Origin: Lama guanicoe
Lineage: Eukaryota
DNA length: 64,000 nt
Assembly: GCA_013239625.1 (NCBI GenBank)
Contig: MU053487.1
Coordinates: forward strand, 577,058-641,057
Direction: 5' to 3'
The position numbers and the translations under genes are program-made. The notes under the pieces are model-generated. The model was not told where the DNA came from and did not search any database. It saw nothing but the letters and a program-made list of their open reading frames with translations. Shown in pieces: positions 25,725 to 37,592 of this stretch (position 1 is its first letter; each line of letters starts with the position of its first letter).

Positions 25725-27070
25725 TGAATTAATTAACTCATTCATCTAACAAATGTTTATCAGATGCCAGTTATGTGCTAGGCATTGTGCTAAGGTGCTG
25801 GGGATACGGTGGTGATAAAAATAAACCCAGTTCCTCTCCTCAGGGAATTTATAATCAGGTGGGACACTGACATTAGGACATAATTACCAAAAGAAAAATA
25901 AAATTACAGCAGAGATACTTCTACAAAGGAGGGTGACGTTGTGCTGTGAGCCCCTCTACTGGGGCAGTTTGACAAGTAGGAGGTCAGGGAGGGCTTTGCT
26001 GAGAGCTGAGATGTGGAAAGTAAATGTTGACTAGGCAGAGGCTGAGGGTGGAGGTGGTGGAGTGAGGCAGCTGTGACCAGATTTCTGGCAGGAGGAAGAA
26101 CATGGGGTACCAAGGACTTAAAACAGGGGCTGGAGGGCAGAGAGAGAGAGGGGCCAGATGTCAGTACAGCACAAGGCTGGGGAGCTAGGGAGTTCTCTGC
26201 TGGGTTGGGAGCTACCATGAATTGGCCTTGAACATGTTGAGTTTGGAGGAACTTGAAGATACTCAAAGGTTGTTCTTGAGTAGACAGGTTTCTAGGTCTA
26301 GAGTTCAGAGGAGGGGTCTGAGTCGAAGATGTATGTGATTTGGTGATAACTGAATCCACCGTCATAGGGAAGACCCCCTCGGGTGACAGCTCTTCGTTTT
26401 TTGTGTGCCTTGGATTCCTTTGGCCATGTGGGAATGCCTGTGATTTTAAATGTGTGAGATAAACTGTATACAATAACAGCGGAAACCAATTTCGCTGAAA
26501 TACAGTTATCAATATACTAAAAAGAAATTTGTGATATTGAAGTGTGTATGCTTCTTTATTAACTCACTAAATAGCAATACCCAGTGGCAGTTCTAACAAT
26601 TGCTATCATTTCAAAGTCATGCTGAATGTAGATTTTGAGACCTCTGCACTAAGTGTTGAGTAGGATGGAGGTCCCTGGGATTTTTATTGAGGACAGTGTC
26701 ACAGATCCTGCTAATACTGCTGTGGTTTGTTGTTTGCATTCATAATTGAAGAGATTGCAAAATTTCAGGAAGAGGAGAGTGAAAATAAAGAGGCCAAGTT
26801 CACTGACCACCAAGGGGCCTGGGGACCCCAGGTGAAGAGGAAGAGAGTGCTCAGGATGCTAGGATGGAATCTTGAGCCGAGCAGAGGAGGATAAGGCTAA
26901 AAGGGGCCGGAAGCAGGGCCTGGGAGGCAGGTGGGAAAATGAGTTTTTTTCTATAAAACCCATGGGAAACCAGAGATCCATGAACGGGGTGGTCAGTTGT
27001 GTCAAATGCTGAAAAGTTCCCTGACATGAGGGCTGATAAGTGTCTGTTGGACTTGGTGGCTTTGCAGGGA
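25725..27070 (-). mobile_element. L2 LINE, antisense, interrupted by Charlie copy 2
   Basis: cattcatctaacaaatgtttat...tgtgctaggcattgtgctaaggtgctggggatac...aacatgttgagtttggagg...gtggtcagttgtgtcaaatgctg. Confidence 0.8.
26380..26842. mobile_element. hAT-Charlie DNA transposon (Charlie4a-like), copy 2, inverted relative to copy 1
   Basis: 26693-26719 reverse-complements to cagtattagcaggatctgtgacactgt, matching tagtattaccaaagcctgtgaccctgt at 8444-8470; the similarity appears to run the whole length. Confidence 0.65.
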
Positions 27071-28366
27071 CCATTTGTCTTGTTTGTTGCTTAATTCCTG
27101 GTGCATTTCAGGACACATGGCGGGAACTCAGTGCCTGTTGATGGAAGGGACGAGTTACCACCTCTCCTCACCAGACCCTGTGGGAACTGGTCTGCCTGGT
27201 GGAACAGTCTGCGGAGCCAGCAGACCCTTCCTGAAACTGCTTTCCTGACCGAGGGCTCTGGAATCTGTGGGGACTCTGCAGGGATTCATGAACCCCCCAG
27301 AGTTTGGAAGCACTTGTCTGTGTGCCATGCCCTTGGGATGGACGTTAAAGGGGCCCCTCCCCACCCAGGAGCGGTGGGTTTGAGGCTCTGGGCCTCGGGA
27401 TGGCGCTCAGTCTGCCCTGCCTGCAGCCACTGGGTTCTCCCTCGAAGTCACTCACGCTCGGCACTGAGTGCTTCCCGGTGGAGTGACTCCCTCTGAGGAC
27501 CCATCTTCGTCTCTGCAGTCTCTCTGCCAGTGCCTGGCAGCAGGGGCGGGAGCCCTGTATTTGAGAAGTGCTCTGGGTGTGCTGGGAGGTCTGGGTTGTC
27601 ACTGCAGACCTTGTGTCGTTTGTCCAGTCTCCCTGCTCGACGGTATCTTCCCGCGAAATGGGTCATCTCTGTGGGTTGTCTCTTACTCACGCCCCAGTGC
27701 CGGGGGGTGAGGGGACCTCCTCCTGGAGTCATGTGTGGTCACCTTAAGTGAAGTGACCATTGTGGGTTTTTGTCATGAAAGTTTATCTCTCGTAGATCTG
27801 GACTATTTAAAGCAGCAGAGCATCCGAGGATGGTAGCTGGGCTACTGGCGGCAAGAACTTGGCAACGAGAGAAATACAGCTTGGGAGCTCATGAGGATTT
27901 AAAACTCACTCAGGTCAAGGGGTTTCAAGCTGTGTCCCAGCCACCCCAAAGGGCGCCAGGACGGGGAGAAGAGAGGTCAGTCAGGTGGGATGCAGGACGG
28001 GGAGGCCCTCCCTCATCTATTGGAGCATCTTTATACACTGAGCACCTCTGCATTACCATTTGTCTTAAGAAAGAATTCTGGTGCTCGAAGTTTTGAAAAA
28101 CATAGATTTAGTCCAACTCCCTTATTTTACCCAAAAGGCAACTTAAGCCCAAAGAGGTAGAAATCTGTGCTCAAGGTCATGGAGATAGTTGGTAGCAGAG
28201 CTTGAACTAAAACTTAGGTCACATATATAGTCTTTCTTGGGATTTGATGACATGAATACTTACGAGTCATGCGTGTTACTGTTTACTTGTGTGTGTAGGA
28301 CACCATGCTTGTATGTGAATCATGGGTAATTTCTTCTAATTGCATGTCCCCATGGTGACTTAAAAG

Positions 28367-28495
28367 TTTTTTATTTTGGAGACGGGAGACAATTAGATTT
28401 ATTTATTTATTTTTGAAGGAGGTCCTCGGGAATTGAACCCTTGACCTCGTGCATGTGAAGCATGTGCTCTGTCACATGAGCTGCACCCTCCTTCC
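28367..28495 (-). mobile_element. tRNA-Ala-derived camelid SINE (vic-1 type), older copy
   Basis: Reverse complement reads gagggtgcagctcatgtgacagagcacatgcttcacatgcacgaggtcaagggttcaattccc, followed by a (TAAA)n tail. Confidence 0.85.
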
Positions 28496-29011
28496 ACCCA
28501 TGGTAGGTTTGTTTGCTCTGAAAGGTGTCTAGGGAAGGATGCTTAGGATTCTTAAAATCTGGAAACTCTTTTTGACTTTTCTGGCTGAAGAAGCATAAGG
28601 CAGATCTATGAAGATGTTGAGTGTTTTCCACACACAGAGAAAAGAACCCCCAAAGAAAATGAATGGTCTAACAGGGTTAATAAAGGTCGGCATTCTTTGG
28701 GGACCCGGGAAATGAATCTGACAGCTAAAACCTCGGAGGGGTTAATGGAAATTATGAAGTAACAGCTCTGCATATTGAAAAGTCTATGAATAGCTCCAGG
28801 TCCCCAGCCGTCTCCTGAAGTCGTGATGTCCTCCGTATTCACTTCAGGGGCTTTGTGCTGGGCTGGGCACAACCTGGATTGATTCCAGCTGCATCCAGAA
28901 AACTCCTGCCCTCAGCCATGATCAAAAAAGTGGAGGAGGTAGACGGAAGGGGCCTGGTTATGAAATAGGTGCCAAATCCCCTTTTAGTGAACGGCGTGGG
29001 GGCTGTGCCTC

Positions 29012-29033
29012 TGTGTGTGTGTGTGTGTGTGTG
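29012..29033. repeat. (TG)n microsatellite
   Basis: Direct read. Confidence 0.95.
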
Positions 29034-29689
29034 GAGGGAGAGACACAGAATTTCAGTGTGTGTGGGGTTTCATTTTGTCTAGCACATGTAGGCCTCCTGA
29101 GGCTTAGAAACTTTTTTTTTTTAAATCTTCTATAATTTTTTGGTAATAGGATTTGGGGTAGCAAAACATGGTGGACTCATTTATGAGCCTAGGGCTTGTC
29201 TCATCCAAGCTCCTCATTTTTCACATGAGGGGCCCTGTATGGACCAGAGAGGGAAGGTAACTGGCCGTGCATCACACAGCCAAGGAAGTGGGCAGGGGCT
29301 TACGGAGTTGGCTCCCTTCCTCTGTGCTTCTGGAACTCTCATCCTGCCCCATTACCACCCATCTCAGCTGGAATCTGTCTGTCTCCCACTCATTTTCATA
29401 GCAGGGACCCTGTCTCATTCAGCGTTGGTCCCCAGCACCCGGCAGAGGATCTTGGCCCATTGCAGGTGTTTAGGACATTTTTGCTGATGGATTGATTCAA
29501 TAAATGAGTGAATCGAGGAATGAGATTTCTTAGGAGAAATCTTCTAAGAGTCAGATTTTCCACCAGGAGGGATGGGAGGTCGTGAGAAAATTTTTTGAAC
29601 AGAAGCCAAGCACTGCTTCTGTTTTCCAAATTAAGAAACAATAATGCCTTTCATTTCTATAAAATTTATGATTTCAAAAAAAAAATGTT

Positions 29690-29830
29690 CATTTAGGCCT
29701 CCTGATAGCTTGCAAGAAAGACTGGGAGATGTTTGTTCTCCGTACTTCACGGATGGGGAAGCTCAGGCCCTGAGAGACTCAGCTCTTGCTCCAAGTCCAC
29801 ACAGCTACTGAGAGGCTAGGATCGAGTCTT
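29690..29830 (-). mobile_element. MIR SINE fragment
   Basis: cttcacggatggggaagctcaggccctgagag...cttgctccaagtccacacagcta. Confidence 0.65.
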
Positions 29831-31413
29831 CGAGTCAACCAAGTCTTCCTTATTCTAGAAGCAGGTGTCCTGTTGGATTGTCCTGGGAAACCCTTGCAGG
29901 AAGTCTCTGCGTGAGAAAAATCACGACCAGACATTTGGTGAAAGAAAACCAGCACTAGCTTCTGTTTGGTGCTTTCTAGATCCTTTGACCTGCTTTCTCA
30001 CAAATCATTGCTTCGGTCCCCACCACCCCTGAGATGAGCCCTCACGTTGCCTAGACAAGGCAGCAGGATCAGAGACACTGATCTGCTCCTGTCACCTCAT
30101 TGATAAATGATGGCATTCGAGCTGGCCCAGCTCTGCAGTCACCTGAGCCCCAGGTGCAGTCACTGTGCACTAGGCACAGCCCAGAGATTGACAGGGCAGG
30201 TCTGAAAGCAGGAAGGAAGACCTCAGAGTCTCAGGAAACTGGAATCTCGGTACAAGATGGCAGGGACTCCTGTGCTGCTGGGGAGACTCTGATGGGCAGT
30301 TTAGGACCAGAGGAGAGAGGGACGCTGAGAGAAGAAAAATCCTGCAGAAGATGGAACAGCAAGCAAAACCGGAAAGACAGGAAAGAAATCGGTGATTCTA
30401 CCAGCAAGACCTGGGAAAGAATGATGTAAGCCAAACAAATGTAGAGAAATAGAACACAGAGTTCTCCCTGTAAAATGCCTTTAAGCTGCAGGATGTAAAG
30501 AGATGTTATTTTTGTATTTGCGACATTTTCGGCTTCAGCTACTTGCGATTGAAAATGGGAAAAGAAAATCCCAAATCCACGTGACTTATTCCTTAACTGA
30601 GTTAAGGAAAATGACAGAGGAAGGACACGACACTTAGCTGCTAACTGTCATTCTTTGACCACCCACGAGGATCATCCTTAGCTTCTTTAAAATAATCACA
30701 TTCTCAACTCCTCGTTTATCTCACTGACATCACTTCTGAGGGAAAGGTGGTGAGAAAAGACCACGAAAACACGTCAGGAATCATGGCTCACAGCAAGTTT
30801 AAGAAAATTAACGTTACCATGGAGAGCTGGCCCTGCACAGAAAGCGTGGCCTGGGGGCGTCCCTCCAGAGCCGGGGATGGGGCGCCTGGTGGGGCTTCCT
30901 GGCCTTTGAGTTCTCTCTGCAGACGGGAGGTAGGGCTCCCTCCACGCCTCAGCCCTGCAATCTGGTTCTTCTTTCTTTGTGTGAGGTTTTGACTGATCGT
31001 GGATTTAATTTTGTCTTTTAGGGTTTCCCGATAAACCTCCAAGCAGCAAATAATATTATTTTCCCTTTCTCCTCAGTGAAAAGAGGGAAGGACTTTCTTT
31101 GTGAAAGAGGGTGGATTGAGATGGTCGGAGGGTCTGAAGGAATTAAAGGAGGGTTGTAAATAAAAGGCTCTTGGTGGGGCCTGACAAGTGAATCCCAAAC
31201 TATAGGCAGGTGCTACAGTCAAGTTACCCCTCTCCCCACCCCGGCCCCCGTGCATTTCTGCTGCATCACCACTGCCTCCTCCTCCACCAAGAAATATCCC
31301 CAAACCTTCATGTGAATGAGTTCAGACCCAGACTAGAACTTATATGCTGTTTGATGCTGTTGGACTTGTCAAAATATAATTTTCCAAATGTTAAAAAATA
31401 CCACTCACACAGA

Positions 31414-31648
31414 GAATGAAAATGTGTCAGAGATGATCTGCAAGATAGAATAAGCACCCAATCAGAAGAGCAGACAGAAAAACAAACGAACGAAAATGAA
31501 AGCAATGTCAGAGACCTATGGGGTAATATAAAACATGCCAGTCTATGTATAATAGGGGGCACAGAAGGAGACAAAAGAGAAAACGGGATTGAAAACGTAT
31601 CTGAAGAAATCACGGCTGGAAACTTCCCACCTAAAGGAGAAAACGTGC
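31414..31648 (+). mobile_element. Isolated internal L1 ORF1 fragment
   Basis: Frame from 31435 translates DLQDRISTQSEEQTEKQTNENESNVRDLWGNIKHASLCIIGGTEGDKRENGIENVSEEITAGNFP, the L1 ORF1p coiled-coil end / RRM start. Confidence 0.9.
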
Positions 31649-33507
31649 CACACAGACTTACTGAACTCATGAATTTGTGAGGGGATTGGTAAGGTGTTAA
31701 GGCTCTTCCCCAGAGAGGGTGATGACCTTGAGGTCTAACTCTTCCCCGGGAAGGAACTTCCTTGGCTCTGTGAGGCCCCACAGTGTGGCCACAGCGTTTG
31801 TCTTTTGCTGTCTTGACCCCCGTGGAGGGGACAGCTGGATGGAGAAGGAATCCTCACCTCTCCAGGGTGCAGAGAGCTGCCAGAGCCTGGCTTTTCTGGG
31901 GTTAAATTTTAAAGAAGCACTGCCTTTCCCTCGCAGCTGTGTGCTGTCCGGGATGCAGCAGATTCTTCCCAGAGGCGAATGAGGCTGTTTTCTCTGGAAA
32001 CCGAGTTGAGGAGGGTTGATTTTTAGATGGCGGGTCTTTCTCAGGTGGGTTTAAGATAAAAACGATCAGGAGATGAGACTGTGAGTAGGAATTTTTAAAT
32101 CAGACTTGAGGGCCTTGCAAAGGCTGAACCTCTCGATTTTAGGTGCTCATTTGATTCATTGGAACACGCAATAGGTGCTCAGACAGTGTCTGCTGAATGA
32201 ATCATCTCAAGATTTATCCGTCTTTTCCGGGAGAGGGTGTCGAAGGGCCGGTAGAAAGTAGGGAGGCGTTGTATTCATTGCTGAGAGCAATTTCTCGCCC
32301 TCTCACCCCCATTTCCTAGTCCAGCTCTTTTAAGAAGATGCACTGGAGAATATTTCTTCCTGTTCCTCCCCATTTCCCCCTCTCTGTGATGACATCACTC
32401 TCATAATCCTCATGGTTGGCAGTTTTTGGTGACTCACCACTTTGCTATTTCGGTGGCTGTACATTTCAGGAGATAATTGTCTTCCCCCTCCCCCTGAGCA
32501 TGACACCTGCTCACATTTGGGGACTTCCAGAACCACAGCGCCTTGCCAGGTGGTGGCTCACTGCGCCTGGTGGTGGGGGTGAGGGTAATTATGAATGAAA
32601 GAGGGAGGAGACCAGCCTGCCCCCGCCCCTAGCCGGGAGCTGTAAGTCAGCCCTACTTTCACCCTGAGGCTCAGCTTTTCCCAGACACCAGGACAAGAGG
32701 GAAACCGTCGGGGAAGTGAAGGCTGCTCCCCTGAAACCAAGCACCGCCTGGGTGTTCCAAGTGTTGACATTCTGAGGATGCTCTTGAGAGAGGGGGCTTC
32801 AAAGGAAACTTCGAGAGCATGGTGTTCTGGGGTTAGGTGATGTCCTTCGTGGGCAAGGGGGTTGCTTTTCTCTCTGGGAAATCTTCCATTTCTTCTGAGG
32901 GAGCCCAGGTCTCTCGACAGGCCACATTCAAGTGGGCTTGGTAAACTGGGACTGGCGCTTGAACTTCCATCCTCTCTGACCTGTCCTGCCTGAAATGACA
33001 TCAAGTGACCCCTGTGGCCCCTGATTCTTCCCTAGAGGCCACAGGATATGTTAAACATGTCTGCTCGTGGTGTATCTTTTATGATGATTTAAAATTCTTG
33101 TTTAACTCTTAATACTCTGAACTTTTGGGCCCCTTCGTATCTGGAGGACTGCCTCAGATACCTATTAAGAGGACTGTGTCATCTGAGGAGGATGGAGGAC
33201 TCTTCAGTGAGTAGGGAATCACTAATTCAATAACCCCAAAGCCCAGCGCCCCTGACCATAGGGATTTTGCCTTAGAGACTGAAATATCTCTATAGGTTGA
33301 AAAGGGTGAAATCCTTTGTTACTGTTTAACTTTTCTGACATTTATGATTTGTCGTCAAAATAAGACTGTGCATCTTTGAGCAGGGACAATGCATTATTGC
33401 TCACTGACTTCCTCGCGGCACAAGACACCATGCTTTGCCCACAGTGAGTGCGCCATGACTCCTTGATATGATTTGAGGGTTTAGGGTTAGTCATGAACCC
33501 AGGCTCA

Positions 33508-33890
33508 CTGATTGATTGATTGATTCATTCATTCATTTATTCATTCCACACAAATTTATTGAGCCTCTGCAATGTGCTGAGCACTGATCTAGGCACATGG
33601 GATTCAGTAGTCTCTGCCCTTGCAGAGCTGAAATTAAGGCAGAGGAGACAGACAACAAACAAAGCACGTTCAGAAAATATGTTATATAGCAGGTAATGAT
33701 AAGTGCTAGGAAGGGACAATATAGGAGGAAAGGTGGATGTAGGGTGTTGGTGGGTGGTCAGAGAGACTTCTAAGTGAGGACCAAGAAAGTGAAGGAGAGA
33801 GTCTTATACATCTCTGAAGGAAGAGCTTTGAGAGCAGAGCACACAGCATGTGCAAAGGCCCTGCAGCAGAGTTATGCCTGGTGTGTTCAG
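33508..33890 (-). mobile_element. L2 3' end, antisense, with (ATTG)n(ATTC)n tail
   Basis: ttcattcattc...caaatttattgagcctctgcaatgtgctgagcactgatctaggc...cagcatgtgcaaaggccctg. Confidence 0.85.
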
Positions 33891-35724
33891 TCATCCCAGC
33901 TCTGTACCAGCAGACCCTGGATAGATGATCTGGCTTCTGGTCTCTGTGACCTCATCTCTCCACCACTCACCTCCTTCTCCTCACACCAGCCACTCTGGCC
34001 TCCTGTACATGGGAGGGAGTACACATCTGCAAGCTCTTTTCATCCCTTCTCACCAGAAGGGCTTCAAGGTGGGTGGGGCTCCTCTGACCCAGCCCCTTCC
34101 TGGCTTGGAGTTTGAGCTGGGTCTTGCCCCTCAGGCCTCAGGATGGGGCCACTTCTGGAGGGACAGTGGGCGGTGTCCTTCAGGGCAGCGTCTTTGGAAG
34201 TTTGTCCATGGTGAGGATGAAGGAGGGTGTCTTGGAGTTAGTTGGAACATGGTTTAAGTTCGATAACAGAAAAATGGGTAGGAAGGAAATGCAGGTGTAG
34301 CTCTGGGTATTTCTGAAGATCATCAGCTGGGGACCACCCACTGGCATCTTCTCGAAGGCAGGGAAGACTGGCCTGCTCTGAATTCACATCCAAGAGTTCT
34401 GACCCCAGGGCTTTGGAGGACTTGCCTCAGTGTCCCCTCTGTCACCCCGAAGTCATTTTTCCTAAGGCTTTTCTGGAGATTTATTACAAAATGTGCCAAA
34501 GCTTTGCTGATTTTTTTTAAAAAAATTATTTTATCTAGAATTACCATTCAAATATAGAAACATAGAATGGAAAGGGCCTCGGGAAGAATCAGAACAATGC
34601 AAATGTGTTTACCTCTCCTGCTTCTAACGCCTCAGTTTGTGCTGTTTCTCAGGGCCGCTTATGGCTTCAAATAACAAAGGGGTTGAATAGATAGAAAACA
34701 CTTTTTAGCTGTCAGACTGAGGAAGCTAGAATTGGAAATATACTTGAGTTGAGAAAAGTTTGTGATTTTTCTTCCTTTACATGGGAATTCTGATCCAGGT
34801 TAGTCTGGTCAAAGTGACTATCCTGAATGAGCAGAATAACCCCTGTGCTCCCTGACACTTCACATGGTCAGCCCTTGGGGACCGCAGCCTGGGAACCGAG
34901 CGGGATCGCCCCCCGCCCACCTCTGTCCTGGTGCATCCACTCCCCGTGGGGCCAACCTGCACAAGGTCCCCAGGGCAGGGGCTGGCTTGCTGCCTCTACA
35001 CACAGGGTGGGATCCAGGCTGGTTGTGCAAAAATAAAAGCCATCGGGACCAAGTAGGAGGGTGGAGAGGGGGCGTGTGTGCGCGGCCTGGTGACAGGCCC
35101 TGAGCTGGGCTCCCTGTTGTCACGGTCCCTGGGGAGCCGTTCACCACCACCAAGGCAGGTTCCAGAGGCTTCAGCGGAAATCAAAAGGCAGCAGCAATTA
35201 CTACCTCGTCTGCTTCCCACGCCCCTCCTGCCGCCTCCCAGCTCGTCTTAATATCTGGGTCTGCTCTTTTGGCCTCCAGAAGCCCCTGCCTCTTCAAATC
35301 CCCATCATCTCTTAGAGAACAAATAACAGTCCTGGATCGGGAACTTGGTGCTTTCCTGACAATGAATGTGAATAAGATTGAGCCACTCAGCTGCAGCTAG
35401 AGCTAATCATTGTTTTGTGCGTGTTATCCCTGAGTACTGTCGTGGTCCTCATTTCACAGAGGAGAAAACAGGATGAGAGAGGTCAGTGTCTTTCCTGAGG
35501 CCACACTCTCAGTGGTAGATTCAGGTTTTAAACCTCCAGCTCAGGCCTGGAACAACTCCCCATACTGCCCCCCGGGGCAGGTGTCCCTCAGCTCTGAGCA
35601 GGCTGGAGCCAGGGGCCAGGGTGTGAGCGGCGGTGCTGGGCGATTCAGAGGCTGGGCTGAGGCTCCCTCTGAGTACGTGCTCAACTGCTAACTGATGCTG
35701 ATGCGCTGAGCCTCTCCTGCCACT

Positions 35725-35882
35725 CTACCTTCCGTTTCTCTGGACCAACAGCACCAGCATCACCTGGGACCTTGTTAGAAAAGCAGTCTTGGGCCCCACT
35801 CCAGACCTGCTGCATCAGAATCCACATTTTAACAAGATCCTCTTGTGTTTGGGATGCACATGAGAATTTGAGAAGCCCTGCT
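35725..35882. mobile_element. MER5A (hAT-Charlie)
   Basis: ggaccaacagcaccagcatcacctgggaccttgttagaaaagcag...ccccactccagacctgctgcatcagaatccacattttaacaagatcc...tttgagaagccctg. Confidence 0.85.
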
Positions 35883-37592
35883 CTTGAGATGCCCGAGGGG
35901 CTTCTTTCGGAAGGAGGTCTAGGACAGCTATTAACACCAGCACGCTCCGTGTCAGAAACTCCCCTGCGAGGGGTGGACAAGGCCAAACCCACTAGTATTT
36001 ATTTCCAGGGGAACAAACAGCATCGCTCAAGGAAATGCTCTTGATAACTTGCCTGAGAGTTAGGCGGATCTGACAGCCTGCGGACGCTAGGTGGCAATGT
36101 ATGGACAGGCATTGGCAGAAAACGTGTGACAGGCTGTCCCTGCTAAGGGTCTAGACGAAATGATGAAGGCATGGGTGGGGGTGGCCGAGCACTGTTGGGT
36201 CGTGAAAGGAGATTGTCGGGATGATATTAAAGACACTGAGACTTCACCAGGGAGTCTGGGAAGGCTGTGTTGTGGAATGAGGGATTTGGGCAAGAGTAAT
36301 TGCTTCTTTTTTGCCTCGAGCTATGTTAAACATACACAATCTTCCCACAGGGGAGGGATGTCAGCAGCTGGGTACGGTGAAGCTGAAGGGAATTAAGAGT
36401 GAGAAAAAGTTCCTAATCCACTTCGTTCTGCTCCCTGAGGTCAGGGGAGGTGGCGGTAGCCAGACTGCAGCGTGGGTTAGTCAGAGCCGGCCGGCAGTGA
36501 AGGAGAGCATCCTTTCCCACCGTGCACTGCTGACACCCTCCAGCTCTGAAGGGACAGAGGGCAGTCTGCTTCCCTCCTGTGTCCAGCTGTTTGGCTGAAT
36601 CTATTCTGGGGAAAAGACTATGCAGGCTTATCGTGGCTCCTAAGGCTCTCTCTTCTTCATCCTTCATAGGTTCCCGGGGCCTAAACTCTAGGGTGGATCC
36701 CTGTGACACCAGTGTTCGAGAGGCTGGAGTCCATCTTTGGACTTGAGGAAGCTGGCTTCTAAGAAAACAAGGGCAAAGGAAGGTTTCTTGAAATTCCCCA
36801 GATTGTGAGGTCGCTGTATAGAGCCCAGCTTCTTTAATCCTGTCGTGGTTGGTTCCAAAAGGACTCTCTCATTTGGAGGAAATCCCACTCAAGAGACAGT
36901 CATGTTTTCCTGACTATTTGGTGGGAGTGCTCTCTGAAAACATCTTGAAGTTGCATCAGGTGGGTGGAGGCATGTTGTCCTTAGAGATTTCAGTGTTTAA
37001 GCTCAGGGTCTGGACTTTTTCAAGTTATTCTCTACCTCTAACCGAAATTTAGGCTCCGCTGGATAGCTGACCCCTGCAGAAGTCCCCGAGCCTATTGGAT
37101 ATAGGGTTGTAGAATTACAGAATGGATGTTAGAGATTGTCCTGTCCCTGTCTTGTCTTGTTCAGATGTGCAAACAGAGGCCCAGAGTGTTCCATTTGGTT
37201 TAATTTAGCACACATTGAATGAGGGCCCTCTCTGTGCCAGGGACCAAGGCCAAACAAAGAGCTTGAAACACAGTGTCTACCAGCGTATGGGTCAGCTTAC
37301 AGCCCAGGTGCCCTGAGGGGGAGTGGTGAACACGGGAGCAGGGGAGTGAATTCCTACCTCTCTTCTTCTTTTCTCCTTCTTTTCTTTTTTAGTATATTAG
37401 TTTCCCTCTCCCTTTCTATCTTTTTTTTTTTAATTTTGATTTTTTAAGCCCTCAAGGGCTTTGTATTTACCTGGTGGAAGTGAGGAGGCCCCAGTATTAG
37501 CAACTCCAAGGACACATTTCACCCCTTCTGTCCTCCCCAAAGGCCTCAATACAAGACACACAGCTTTCAGTCCTGAGGAAGCAATTTTATTT

